A stretch of DNA of 64,000 nucleotides from Eledone cirrhosa. Its lineage: Eukaryota. The stretch is from NCBI GenBank assembly GCA_964016885.1, contig OZ024740.1, positions 275,466,001 to 275,530,000 of the forward strand, written 5' to 3'. A model generated the notes under the pieces. The model saw nothing but the letters and a program-made list of their open reading frames with translations, was not told the origin of the DNA and searched no databases. The position numbers and the translations under genes are program-made. Positions 1 to 12,195 of this stretch are shown here, piece by piece. Within the stretch, counting starts at the first letter, position 1. Each line of letters starts with the position of its first letter.

Positions 1-1570
1 CCATCAATCACCTCCTCTTCATGGACGATCTTAAGCTCTTCGGGAAAAGTGAGAAGGAGTTGGATGTGCTTGTTGACACTGTCCGTATTTTCAGCAGTGA
101 TATATGTATGCAGTTTGGTATTGGTAAATGTGGAGTCATTGTGATGAGGAGGGGTAGGTTGAGCAGAAGTAACGGGATCCAGATACCAACAGGTGAGATG
201 ATAAAGGAAATTGACTCTGAGGAAAGATACAAGTATTTGGGCGTTCTGGAGGCTGATGGCATAAAGAACAAAAAAATGAAGGAATTGTTAAGAACTGAAT
301 ACATTCGGAGAGTAAGGAGCGTATTGAAGTCACATCTGAACAGCAGAAATGCCATAAGCGCAGTAAATTCCCGAGCTGTGTCTATTATTAGGTACAGTGC
401 GGGAATTCTGAGATGGAATGTTGCTGAACAAAAAGAAATGGATAGGAAGACTAGGAAGCTATTGACTATCTACAACATGTTCCACAAGAGGAGTGATGTC
501 GATAGACTCTACCTAAGGAGATCTGAGGGTGGAAGAGGTCTTATCAGCATAGAGGACTGTGTTCAGATGGAGAAAAACAACCTATACAAATACGTGACCT
601 ATAGTAAGGAGCCAATGCTCAGAGCTGTACTGAAGGAGGGGACAGTAGGCCAGGGGATACCCAAGGAGGAAATAACATCAAGGAGGAAGAGCAGCCTTGA
701 GGGAAAATCCCTTCATAGTACCTTCTTTGAGAAAACTGAATTTAGAGATCCACAGACATGGAACTGGTTGAGAAGAGGAGACCTCAAAAAGGCTACAGAA
801 GGAATGCTAATGGCTGCGCAGGAGCAGGCCCTCAAAACGAAGTGGTTGAAGCACCATATCTACAAGGAGGAGGCCAGCCCACTGTGCAGGATCTGTGGAG
901 AGAGAGAGGAGACTGTGGCTCACATTGTGTCCGAGTGTAAACACCTAGCCCAGACCCACTATAAGGGCTGGAGACACGATGTGATGGGCAGGGTGATCCA
1001 CTGGCACCTGTGCAAAGTAAACAATCTACCACATTCTGAGAAATGGTATGAGCATAGGCCAGAGGCGGTGATGGAGAACAGTCAGGTGAAGGTGCTGTGG
1101 GATTTTAGGATACAGACGGACAAAAAACTGGAACACAATAGACCTGACCTGGTGGTTGTGGACAAAGAAAAAAGATCGTGCCTGATTGTGGATGTGGCCT
1201 GCCCGTTCGACACGAGAGTGCAAGAGAAGGAGAGGGAGAAAATTAACCGATACCAGGACCTAAAGTGGGAGGTGAAAAGGATTTGGAACTGCCATGAAGT
1301 CAAAGTGATCCCGATTGTCATAGGCGCACTGGGGACTATCTCCAAAGGTTTCCAGGGATGGTTAAAGAAAATCGGCCCCTTCACGCTTTTTGGAACGCTT
1401 CAAAAGGCATGCTTGCTTGGAACGGCAAGAACCCTCCGATACGTCCTGAATATCTGAGGCTGCAGGTAGTGGCTTGATATTCAATCCAACGGACTTTCCA
1501 GTTAACCAACATCAATGACTGAGATTCAAGGAATAACAATAACAATAATAATAATGATGATAATAATAAT
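1..1570 (+). mobile_element. R4/Dong-clade non-LTR retrotransposon (RLE type), 3' half; runs off the window start
   Basis: Uninterrupted ORF, ~75-bp 3' UTR, then AAT/AAC tail at 1532-1570; near-identical copy at 45450-46076. Confidence 0.93.
21..1457 (+). CDS. Reverse transcriptase C-terminus, CCHC knuckle and restriction-like endonuclease (frame open upstream of 21)
   Basis: HLLFMDD (RT catalytic motif), YKYLG, CRICGEREETVAHIVSEC, RHD, RPDLVVVD...D...EKINRY motifs of RLE LINEs. Confidence 0.93.
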   Translation: MDDLKLFGKSEKELDVLVDTVRIFSSDICMQFGIGKCGVIVMRRGRLSRSNGIQIPTGEMIKEIDSEERYKYLGVLEADGIKNKKMKELLRTEYIRRVRSVLKSHLNSRNAISAVNSRAVSIIRYSAGILRWNVAEQKEMDRKTRKLLTIYNMFHKRSDVDRLYLRRSEGGRGLISIEDCVQMEKNNLYKYVTYSKEPMLRAVLKEGTVGQGIPKEEITSRRKSSLEGKSLHSTFFEKTEFRDPQTWNWLRRGDLKKATEGMLMAAQEQALKTKWLKHHIYKEEASPLCRICGEREETVAHIVSECKHLAQTHYKGWRHDVMGRVIHWHLCKVNNLPHSEKWYEHRPEAVMENSQVKVLWDFRIQTDKKLEHNRPDLVVVDKEKRSCLIVDVACPFDTRVQEKEREKINRYQDLKWEVKRIWNCHEVKVIPIVIGALGTISKGFQGWLKKIGPFTLFGTLQKACLLGTARTLRYVLNI

Positions 1571-1938
1571 TGTTTCTACTTTTGGCACAAGGCCAGCAAT
1601 TATCCTAGTGCATTACTGGTACTTTATTTTATCGAGTCCGTAAGGATGAAAGGCAAAGTTAACCTCGGCGGGATTTGAACTCAGAATTGAAAGGGCCGTA
1701 ACTCTATGCGTCAAAGCATGGCGTCCGACCCTCATAAGGATGATAATAATAATTGTTTCTACTATTGGCACAAGGCCAGCAATTATCCCAGTGCATTACT
1801 GGTACTTTATTTTATCGACCCCATAGGTATGAAAGGCAAAGTTAATCTCGGCGGGATTTGAACCCAAAGTGTAAAGGGGCGTAACTCTAATTCTGCAAAG
1901 CATGGCATCTGACCCTCTACTGATACTGCTAATCCACA
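1571..1938 (-). mobile_element. Two tandem copies of tRNA-derived SINE family A (1571-1733, 1753-1938)
   Basis: On the minus strand: B-box-like GTTCAAATCC, central GCCTTTCATCCTTACGGGGTCGATAAAATAAAGTACCAG (resembles the Meta/MESC domain, from memory) and (ATT)n tail; full copies elsewhere carry A-box-like TGGCAGTATCGG. Confidence 0.9.
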
Positions 1939-1939
1939 A

Positions 1940-3393
1940 TAATAATTTCTTTATTGGCCACTAGAGCCTTCATATTGGCGACAATACCAAAAAACCCAGG
2001 TGAGTGGAGGTTTACAATAAAATCGAGTAAAAACATATTAACAAATCAATTAACAATAAAAATTCACCAATAGTGGGGAAAACCACCCAGGAGTGACTCA
2101 GGAACCACCTGACACTTTGTGGGCACTCAGGAAGGGCATATCCACTGCCAATTAACCAGCCTACAGGCGCATGCTCAGAGTATGCCCATTCCCACGAGCC
2201 ACTTTCGCCACATTCACTCACCTTTTAGCAAATGTACTGGGGGCGGGGGCAGCACTTCTCTCTCTACCCTCACCTTTCTTTCCAAGTAAAACTTGAAACA
2301 GTTGATGAGGGATTGGCCAAAGACAAAAGTGTCTATTTTCAATTCTTTAAATCCGATTCACCACACAACGTCTTTTGCTACCACCACCAGACAGAAGAAA
2401 ACTGCCTGCCGTTCCTGGCATTAAGAAGGCCACAGGCCAATCTTCACTATGGATTCAGTCGATAGCTGGATCCCTCCTAGACATGACAGCAGCTGTTCGA
2501 CATAACTCCACAAGTCAGTAATGCATGGATGCTGGATGAATGCATGCAGAATGATTTTGTTGCTCTGTGCACATCTCTGCCAGGTCCATATAACAGCACT
2601 AACATGCCTGTAGAGTTTATCTCAAACTGGCAGTGCCCCCAGTAGCACTACCAAGCAAGGGATTTCTGTAAGTTATGCATAGCCTCTGGCTCAAAAGTCC
2701 TCTGCAACGGACTGGTCAGTTCAAATTTGTTGATGCCCAGAGCCTTTCTGAGTGTATCTTTGTGCTTGCCCACCACTAATCCAATATAGAACTTGAGAAT
2801 GGAAGTTCTACTGACCACATTGCCAACCTGGTAGAGGGCAGTGCGCACGTGGCAACATTCCAGATGCCAGGCACCTAGTCTCAGTCTCTTCATAACCCAA
2901 GAGAATAGCTCAGGCAAAGAGATGAGCTGTGAAAAAGCCTGTCTCAAAAAAAAAAAAACACACACACACCCGTTCACCGTTTAAGTAGAATGTCTGGAGA
3001 TGCCACAGCCTTGGTTTATGTTTGCACATCATTATACTTGGTATGCCCAGCTTTCCATGTAGAGGGTGCTAGCAGCAGATGGACTGCCTCACCAATGGAA
3101 ACTGTCCCCTCCATAAGAAGTTGAAGAGGAGCCATTCCAATTTGCTGAGGCTTGAGCAGGGGTAAGGCATGATGGTCAGGTGGGAGTAGATGACGGATTT
3201 GATGTACATGTTCACCAACTCGTTTCATGGACAGCTGCCTGTCGGCCCATTTCTGAGTTAGAATGGTTACCCTGTTTGTAACCTCATCTAAATTCTTATC
3301 CACCTGGAGGTCTGATCCTAACCAAACCCTGAACAACTTTACTGGCATGCTGTTGGACAGCATGGATTTGCCACTCCAAGTGCCGAGCTGCAA
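1940..3393 (-). mobile_element. Degenerate 5'-truncated Tx1/L1-type LINE
   Basis: Translations match copies at 39585-42602 (VKLFRVWLGSDLQVDKN, MHNLQKSLAW); 3' end GTGGCCAATAAAGAAATTATT. Confidence 0.85.
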
Positions 3394-3528
3394 GTTCTCA
3401 TCTCACAAATTCAGAATTTTTTTCACTTTTCCATTACACACAAATTGCTTTCACTACCATGCACATTATGTCTTTTTGCCTTTGCAGCTATACTCTATTT
3501 TAGGGAGTTCTCTGCACTTCTGTCCTTC

Positions 3529-3530
<2 letters not shown>

Positions 3531-3609
<79 letters not shown>
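3531..3609. repeat. (CT)n microsatellite (another at about 4621-4697)
   Basis: Direct reading. Confidence 0.97.
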
Positions 3610-3611
<2 letters not shown>

Positions 3612-3976
3612 CCCTCTCTCTCTCCTTCCCTTGGCAAGCAGCATTTCCGTGCCCACTCCCCTCCACTCCAATCACTGCTTTCCCAATTTGGCTGAGAACA
3701 ACAAACATCTTAGTATTAAAACATAGTAGTGCTTGTTCCAAAACAAAATTTAACTCAGCCAACACTGTAAAGTGATTAACATTAGGAAGGGCATCCAGCC
3801 ATAGAAACCAAGCCAAAAAGGAGCATTTGAATAAGACATGATCACCTGATCACTTAGGTCTCAGTATGTGATAATCCATCTAATCCATGAAAGCCTGGAA
3901 AATAGAAGAGAAACGGTGATGAGGATGATGATGATGAGGATAACAGTCATACATCTTATATATATGTATAAGATGG

Positions 3977-4012
<36 letters not shown>

Positions 4013-4069
4013 AACTTACATTCATATTTTGTATAAGAATGCAGTAATGTAATAATTTATGTGTTAACC

Positions 4070-4075
4070 TTTATT
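4070..4075 (-). promoter_or_regulatory. Candidate AATAAA polyadenylation signal of the putative host gene
   Basis: AATAAA on the minus strand 50 nt after the TAA at 4128-4126. Confidence 0.4.
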
Positions 4076-4125
4076 CATTACTTCCTATCGGCAAGTTGAT
4101 ATCTTGCTGAAAGATCTCTGATTGC

Positions 4126-4193
4126 TTAAGTCCTGTGATTCTGGCTGAGAAACTCTCTTGGGTGTAAATTAAGAGATGGAGATATTGAAATAT
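4126..4193 (-). CDS. Putative terminal coding exon E of an unidentified host gene: (N)ISISPSLNLHPREFLSQNHRT*
   Basis: T-rich acceptor TTTTTTATTTAG, phase-compatible with exon D, stop followed by AATAAA. Confidence 0.5.
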
Positions 4194-4637
4194 CTAAATA
4201 AAAAATAAATAGATAAATAGATAAATAAATATTTAAAAAAAATGGAACATTATATTTACTGAAGATTGGAAACTTTGTCAGTTTTAGTATCCAGGGGAAG
4301 AACAAGAGTTAAAAAGAAATGTCAACAACAAAAAGGAAAAACGATTTCACACATTAGATAGTTTTGGCTACATTATTTAGTTGGAATAAGATTGAACTTT
4401 TAAACAGAGAGAGCTGTCTTCTATAAACTGTGGGGTACCTATGAAACTAAATCACCATTTTGGATACAGGGATTTTTGAAAATATTTTATAACTTCAAAG
4501 AGAATTGGTGAAAAAAAAAAAAATAAATAATCTGGGAAGGTTTAATCAGCTTGAAGAATGCTAAAGCTATGACTTGGGGCTATGATCAGCTTATGATAAA
4601 CAACAACCAGCTCTCAGCAACTCTCTCTCTCTCTCTT

Positions 4638-4700
<63 letters not shown>

Positions 4701-5438
4701 ATAAAGTGTTTTGGTTGAACCATCTTTTCAGTGGTTATGAGCATAGGAATTTTTTTCATTTTTTTTTCAAATTCTTATCCCCACACTTCACACCTTCTTG
4801 CACCCTTGAAAATATAATTACTTGCTCTCGTCCATATGTGCTCTGAGACATGTACACACACACATATCAGACGGTGAGCTCAATCACACATGTAAATACA
4901 CACTCCCAATACACATACATTAATAATCACACACCCAGAAATAAACAGACATAGACACATACAATTTTGTCTATGCATACATACATCCACACATTCATAT
5001 GTGCAAACATCAACACACATACACACACAGGCACTCACACATTTATATATGCATTGATATTTACACTAAAAAAAATGAGCATCCGTGTGAATTCTCTTAT
5101 ACTATTATAACAACATGCTCTTCCATATACATATATGCACACATTTATGTACACACTTGTCATTACATATTCACATTAAAAAATGCATTGACATATTCAG
5201 ACTATTGCAGACTCATCCACATGCATATACAAGTACATACACAAGCTTTCATTTTATTACATGCAAACACATAGTTACATAAAAATTCACCATTTATGCA
5301 CACATACATAAAAGCACATAATCACATTGACAGATACTAACGCAGTATCATTAATACACACACACACACACAGACGCACAAATATACCCATATTAGATTT
5401 ATTACAGATACACATTGTCATAGGAAAACACACCTATT

Positions 5439-5496
<58 letters not shown>

Positions 5497-5498
<2 letters not shown>

Positions 5499-5597
5499 GA
5501 GTGTCCTCCCAAAAGTGTATACACACTTTGGCTACCTGCACAGGCAATATTTATTAGAATGCAGTTGAAGTGTGTATACATTTTTGGGGGACACCCT

Positions 5598-5598
<1 letters not shown>
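5497..5598. mobile_element. 102-bp Tc1/mariner-type MITE inside a (CA)n run
   Basis: ~31-bp imperfect TIRs CAGAGTGTCCTCCCAAAAGTGTATACACACTT / AAGTGTGTATACATTTTTGGGGGACACCCTG, TA on both sides. Confidence 0.85.
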
Positions 5599-5635
<37 letters not shown>

Positions 5636-5955
5636 GCATACATACATACACACACCTATACTAAGGCAACATCAACAACTGTTCAACTACTTTCTCAGAT
5701 GAAGTTTCTATAACATATCAGAATTTTAATATATTTTTTTAAAGATAAATTTAAAGAAAAAAAAAAGAACAGAATTTCATATTAAGAACACTAATAAATT
5801 TTTTTTTTAAATTAATGAAATAGAAATATCAATATAATAAAATTTCAACAAAATCTGAGTTAAAATTTTGTAAACAAAAAACATGTTGACAGAGAAGACA
5901 GACAGATTCATGCTTTGAAATATTGACATTTATTTTTACTTCCAAGTCAATTTAC

Positions 5956-6027
5956 TTAACTCTTGCCGAACCAATTCCTCTAGTTGAGAAATAGGTACCA
6001 GTTGGTGGTAAAGCTCATCTTTGTAAC
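5956..6027 (-). CDS. Putative 72-nt internal exon D: (G)YKDELYHQLVPISQLEELVRQEL
   Basis: Acceptor CTCTTGCAG, donor GTAAAT, phase 1-1, open frame in non-repeat sequence. Confidence 0.55.
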
Positions 6028-6074
6028 CTGCAAGAGCATAGAATATTCCTAATTTCTTGTAAATGAGGAAGTAA

Positions 6075-6474
6075 GCAGTGAATTGGCACAAAGTTGTTAT
6101 GGTACAGGGCAAAATGGTTTGCAGATATTGGTTCTGGCTCTTTAATTTCAGAGTTCAAATCTTGCTTTGCTTTTCATTCTTCTGAGATCGATGAAATAAA
6201 GTTTAGTTAAGCACTGGAGCTGCTACAATCAACATTTTCCTCACTAAAATTTGATGTTCTTGTGCCTAACGTAGAAACAATTATTTGGTGGATTGGCAGT
6301 ATCGGTAGAGGGTTGGATGCTAAGCTTTGACGCATGGACTTACGGCCCTTGCCATTCTGAGTTCAAATCCCACCGAGGTTAACTTTGCCTTTCATCTTTA
6401 CGGGGTCGATAAAATAAAGTACCAGTAATGTACTAGGTAATTGCTGGCCTTGTGCCAAAAGTAGAAACAATTAT
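6075..6474 (+). mobile_element. Old long-form SINE A (about 6075-6282) followed by a young short-form copy (6287-6474)
   Basis: Same head, central domain and GTAGAAACAATTATT end; the old form has ~30 extra bp before the tail. Confidence 0.85.
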
Positions 6475-7843
6475 TTGTTCCACCTCTCTGCATTCTCACT
6501 TCTAATAAAGTATCAGCCCTGGGCAAAGCATTGATGAATATCTAGTGTCATATAGAAATATTTTCAGTCTTTCTTGGGTATTTTTTCGTGTTGAGGTCTT
6601 GGGTGGTAGATTCAATCTGTTACAATGTATCTGGTTCTTGGATGCCTTTAGTGGAATCCATTGCATTGCAAGTATTTGGGAAAGTTCTTTTGCTAAAAGA
6701 TAAACTTTTCCTTTTATGCCACCGTGCCAGATCTACCATGGTTCTTAGTCCTGCTTAGGCACAAGACCCCATTGGCCAGAGGGGGCCCATCTTCCGGCCT
6801 ATCTTCAGGACCCAAGTAAGGGGCCTCATAACTTAACTAGCACAGGGCCTCGTTTGTCTTCAATCCAGCACTGATGTCACCAGTCTTGAAAGCTCTGAAA
6901 AAATGAGTCAAAGTTGCTGCTCTTCCCTCCCTAACTAAACAGCAAAAACAACAAAATAAAACAAAAACAGTTGAAAGATGGCAAATTGACAGAGTCATTG
7001 GCATGTCAGATAGAATGCTCTGCAATATTCATTCCAGCTTTCTACTCAATCTCAGTCCAAAACCTGCTGAGGTCAACATTGCTTCCATTTTTTCAAGGTA
7101 AATAAAAAAGCACATGTCCAGTATTGGTGCCAGTTCTTCTTCACTATCTCTTTCACATTTCTTTACTCTCACTTTAACTACTTCTCTGGAATAAATCTGT
7201 TGTGTTCTGTGTTCAGACCTCAAAAGGGGATGGGTTATACCAGATTTAAAATGTCTAAGCTAAGTTAACACTGGCAACATTTGAAGACTTAACTCATAAG
7301 TTCAAATCTTGCCAAGGTCAATTTAACATAAAGATACATAACAAAATATTACAGAAAATTAGTCCAGTAATCACACTTTAACACCATTCCTTCCATTTAA
7401 CCACTTATTCTCTCACTCCACTGCCTCTTTCTATCATTATATGACCTTTTGTACGACCTACCTCATCAACTTATATGTCACTCCCCACCCCATCTAGTCT
7501 TATTGCTCCCCTCCACCACCACCACTACCTGTCTTGCCATTTCACCATGCCTTCTAACATGTAACAATATGTTTATGTTACCATGACTGAATTCCAAAAT
7601 ATTCAATGAAATGTGTTTTTAAATGGCATCATGTTTTCTTCTCTTCTCTTCTATATTTATCATCTTCAGTCTTATCATCATCAGCAACAGTAGTATCAGC
7701 AGCAGCAACAGTAGTAGCAGCAGCAGCAGCATTACTATTTTCATCATTCTCTTTACTCACCAACGATATTCCCTCAGCCTCAGATAATTAGATATTGCCT
7801 ATATCATGATGGTATTTGAAACCGGGACACAAAAGTAAATACT

Positions 7844-8024
7844 TGTTTCTACTTTAGGCACAAGGCCAGCAATTACCCAGTGCATTACTGGTACTTTATT
7901 TTATCGACCCCGTAAGGATGAAAGGCGAAGTCAACCTCGGCGGGATTTGAACTCAGATCGTAAAGGGACGTAACTATGTTGGAAAGCATGGTGTCCGACG
8001 CTCTACTGATACTGCCAATCCACC
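7844..8024 (-). mobile_element. SINE A with perfect 18-bp TSD
   Basis: GACACAAAAGTAAATACT at 7826-7843 and 8025-8042. Confidence 0.93.
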
Positions 8025-8103
8025 GACACAAAAGTAAATACTGTAATGCATTCATCCTAGTACTTTTCAGGGTCTGACGTTTTAGGTAAAGATAATAATT
8101 ATA

Positions 8104-8712
8104 ATGTTTCTACTTTTGGCACAAGGCCAGGAATTACCCCAGTGCATTACTGGTACTTTATTTTATCGACCCCGTAAGGATGAAAGGCAAAATGAACCTC
8201 GGCAGATTTGAACTCAGAACATAAAGGACCATAACTCTATGCTGCAAAGCATGGTGTCTGATGCGCTACTGATATTGCCAAACCACCACCCTTGATAAGG
8301 ATAATAATAATAATAATGATTTCTTTATTAGCCACACGGGGCTCACATTAAGGAAACATTAAAGACTATACAGAACAATACAATGTGGTTTTTTCTTTGT
8401 GTAAAATAAAATTTATAAAAGAGACTAAGAAAATAAACATTTAAAACAAACATAACAACTTCCTTAAAGTTGAGGAGACTCTAAGGGTCACTCATGTAGA
8501 AATCCCCCCAAAACAACGGTCACCCTGTCCACTTGGGCAAAGTGACCTCTCTCAGTCTTTCTACTCCAATCTACAGGTGTATGCTCAAGGCAGGCCTATT
8601 TACATGGACCATGCGCACCACTCTCACCCACAAGGCCAGAAATTTGGGGAGAGGAGAAAGCTGATTAAATCGACCCTAGTGCATTACTGGTACTTTATTT
8701 TATTGACTCTGT
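8104..8712 (-). mobile_element. Stack: SINE A (8104-8292), Tx1 3' fragment (about 8318-8628), long-form SINE A fragment (about 8628-8712)
   Basis: Tx1 ORF end WVRVVRMVHVNRPALSIHL* and 3' end GTGGCTAATAAAGAAATCATTATT; SINE central domain. Confidence 0.8.
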
Positions 8713-8830
8713 AATGGTGAGAGACAAGAACATCATCATTATTTTTAATGTCAGCTTACAGTTTCTTAGTCAATGTGGACTAATTTATCAACAACAATTT
8801 TGTTACTTTCACCTACCTTACTCACCCCCC

Positions 8831-8842
8831 TCTCTCTCTCTA

Positions 8843-8881
<39 letters not shown>

Positions 8882-8908
8882 TTCTCTCTATCTATCTATC
8901 TATCTATT

Positions 8909-8957
<49 letters not shown>

Positions 8958-9015
8958 TTATCTCTCTCTCTCTCTCTATCTATCTGTCTATTTATCTATT
9001 TATCTATCTATCTCT
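8831..9015. repeat. Compound (TC)n/(TCTA)n microsatellite
   Basis: Direct reading. Confidence 0.95.
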
Positions 9016-10399
9016 CCTCATCTTTATTTTTAAGTAGTACTTAAAGAAGTTGGTGAGTGCTTGGCTTGAGAATAAAATACTCTGTTCTCAAACCTACTAG
9101 CCATGTTTGCCAAACATCCTTTAATACAACCACAAAGCAGAGGAAGGCTAACTGCTTCTTGTTTCCAAAAGGAGGTGGTGGGTTGATATTTAAGATAGAC
9201 ATAATCTATGCTACATGGAAGAATGGTAAAATAGTAAATTTGGTAGAGTTCCAAATTGAATACTTGCTGTATTTAGTTATTTTCCTTGATAATCTGAGTT
9301 TAAATCCCATTGCACTAATTTGCTTTTAATCCTTCTAATGACCTTTGGGTGATTACAGCAAATTATATGCCCACCTTTAGAAATCTTTCTAACTTAAGCA
9401 CAAGGTCAGCACTTTTGAAGACAATAAAGTTGATTAGATTGCCCCAAGTTCTTAACTAGTACATTATTTTATCAGCACCGGGAAGATGGAAGGCAAAGTT
9501 GACCTCAGAATGTACTTACTTGTACTTGTAGCAGTGTTCATCCAGGGTGGGTTGAGCTGGTTCCATCAAATGTATTCACGGTGTAAGTTCATTTCAATGG
9601 AGTTTCTTCAGGTGATTGGTTTCCCAAGCGGTGCCCAGCTGGAATTATATGCACTTTAGGATGGTGCAATCCAAACATTGCATCAGTTATAGTGCCAAGC
9701 ATTCGCTTTCACAATGGTGATGTAATGAAAGGAGTTTGGCTGGCCAAGGTGATAAACACAACCTATTTGAGCCATTTTGTAGATCAGCAGGAGCTCACCC
9801 CATTGCAAATCTTGTGCATCCCAACCCTCAGAATAACTAAGTGCTGAAAAACATTTTGTTCAACACTCCAATATTTCTGCCAATCCACTCCATCGAATAA
9901 CAGTAATGATATTAATGGTTTCTTTTATATTCCACAAAGGCCCAAGCTGATGCAAACAACACAGTGATGAATTAAACCCAAAGTGGGGCTTACAAGCAAC
10001 AACAACAGCTATTCTCGTTATTGGCATTAGGAAGGGCATCCAACTGTAGAAACTTAGCCCAAAACAATTTTGTCTGATCTGACTTAGCTCACAATGTGAC
10101 AACATGTCAAACCCATGCTAACTTGTAAAATGGACATTAAACTGTGATAATGACAATGATGATTATTCCAATAAATTAGAGTATCAGAAAATGTTTAGTA
10201 GCATATGTTTTGGCTCTTTATATTCTGTGTTCAAATTCTGTCATGGTTAACTTCCCCTTTCACCCTTCCAAGATCAATAAAATAAAATACCAGTGAGATA
10301 CTGGAATTGATTTAATTGACTTTCCCTTTCCTCTAAAATGTCTGGCTTTGAGCTACAATTAGAAATCATTTTCTATTCTTTACTCCATATTTTGTTGTT

Positions 10400-10740
10400 C
10401 CTCTGTTGGTATATCGATTGCTAGATAACAAGCTGCTTCCGGCAGCCTTAGGTATCTAACAACTTGTATATGGTTCTTACTGTGCCCAAAAAACAAGACA
10501 TCTGAAGTGTTAGGAAATACACCTCTGTATCCAACATCTTCAACGAAACATTCCAACTTCAAGACACCCTCTTTAAGCCTCCTGTTACATTTAGTATGGT
10601 AAACATTTTATGTCAATTATAGAAGCTGTGGATTTTGTATTTCAGGTCTTGGTACTTTTCTGTTTTCTTGTGATAAAGAGGCTGGAGTAGCACACACCCT
10701 GGTCCTTAAGTTAGGGCTTTGGGGGTGTTGCACAAAAGCC
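10400..10740 (-). mobile_element. Old R4/Dong-type 3' remnant
   Basis: KTEKYQDLKYKI and FLGTVRTIYKLLDT*GC align with EKINRYQDLKWEV and LLGTARTLRYVLNI*GC of the intact copy. Confidence 0.7.
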
Positions 10741-10759
10741 ATTAAAATATGGGAGACAA

Positions 10760-11050
10760 TGGCTAGCTGCTTGGGTCAGCCCTATTAGCTTTATGTTTAT
10801 GCCAGACTTGTTCAGTAGTCTTAATGCTGATGTCCACTGCCACTGGCAGCAGAATGGGAGAATCCTCATTTCTGTGAGCTGAAAAATAGCAGCCCAATAC
10901 TTTACTAAATGCAGAGTTCAAGACTTTGGCCAAGGTATTAATAAAGAGGTTGGTACTTGTTGATACTTTGATTAGGGAGGTGCAGACATGCAGCATTCTG
11001 AACAGATCTATCCAAACCAACCTCCACTTCATGTGCTACAACATAGAAAG
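10760..11050 (+). mobile_element. Tx1/L1-type RT fragment
   Basis: LLNAEFKTLAKVLIKRL...QTCSILNRSIQTN resembles the L1-clade RT motif LLNxDYKILAKVLANRL. Confidence 0.6.
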
Positions 11051-11399
11051 TGTTTGCAAGGAACCTGGTATGAATTTAGCTCCCAACAATTTAGATGAAT
11101 GAAAGTTTTTCTAAAGGGTTCTCAAGGCAACCAATTTTGGTTCTATCTTCAGGAGATGCATCACTGTAATATACAAACATATGCTCAATGATCAATGTCA
11201 TTCCCCACCTATATGAACTCTTCAGTATCATGTACTTGGTCCATCAAAGCTGCCTCACTTACTTCTTCAATATATACTGGTTCTAGAGTGACAACTGCAA
11301 AAACTAAAATTATAAGGTGCATCTTGCATGAACTAGGAGGTAGAAGAAGTGTAAGACACCAAGTACATTGTAGTGATCAGCATCACTTTAAGGGAGTAC

Positions 11400-12195
11400 A
11401 AGTGAGTGAAAGTAGCCAAAATTGACCAGGAAAAGTCTGTGGGCTTGCTATGTGGTACCTGTAGGCAGATCTATGCTGTTCAACATCATTGTGAGGCACT
11501 GAATAGAGAGACAAATTAAATTGCTTAGAGTCTGGTTTGGTTCAGATCTCCAGGTGCACACAAGTGAGGATATGGTGACAAGCAGTGTGACAAGCCTCAC
11601 CCAGAAATTGATGGAGAAGCTATCCCTGAAAGGCGAGCAGATTTGGTGAATGCCTACATCACCTCTGTCATCCACTATTGATCGTCTCTTCTGCCATGCA
11701 CAAGTTCATGACTGACTGGATTGAACCATCTGATCTTTTACTTTTGTGGAAGCAATGCGTCCCAGTGATCCAGTTGAGCATTTACTGTTAACACTAGCTG
11801 CACAGGGGAATAAACATACTATGGCTATTGATGCACAGATATGTGCTGAAGTTGTAACATCTCCAGTGTTTCCTTGAACAGGTGAACAGGTCTGGTCATT
11901 GTTTATTAGTTATGTCATTCTCTCGGGAAGACTCTGGGTTACTGTTTATTAATGAAAATCAGCTGTCTCTTCTGTTCCAAAGAACGTTTATTTCATAGCC
12001 CTTGGATAATTTCCAGAAATCACTACCATGGCAGTGCTATCAGGGAGTATTGCTGGTTTGGGATAAATTCTATAGGCATGGAAATACCAGTAGCTGAGGC
12101 CTGCATGAGATATGTGCAGGATGATGAAACACTTCTGCATGCACTTGTCCAATGCCGAAGCATAGCTGACTTGCTAGAAATAGTTGTTTGTAGAA
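11400..12195 (+). mobile_element. Degenerate Tx1/L1-type LINE
   Basis: Matches the 39585 copy (IKLLRVWFGSDLQV; QDDETLLHALVQCRSIADL). Confidence 0.8.
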
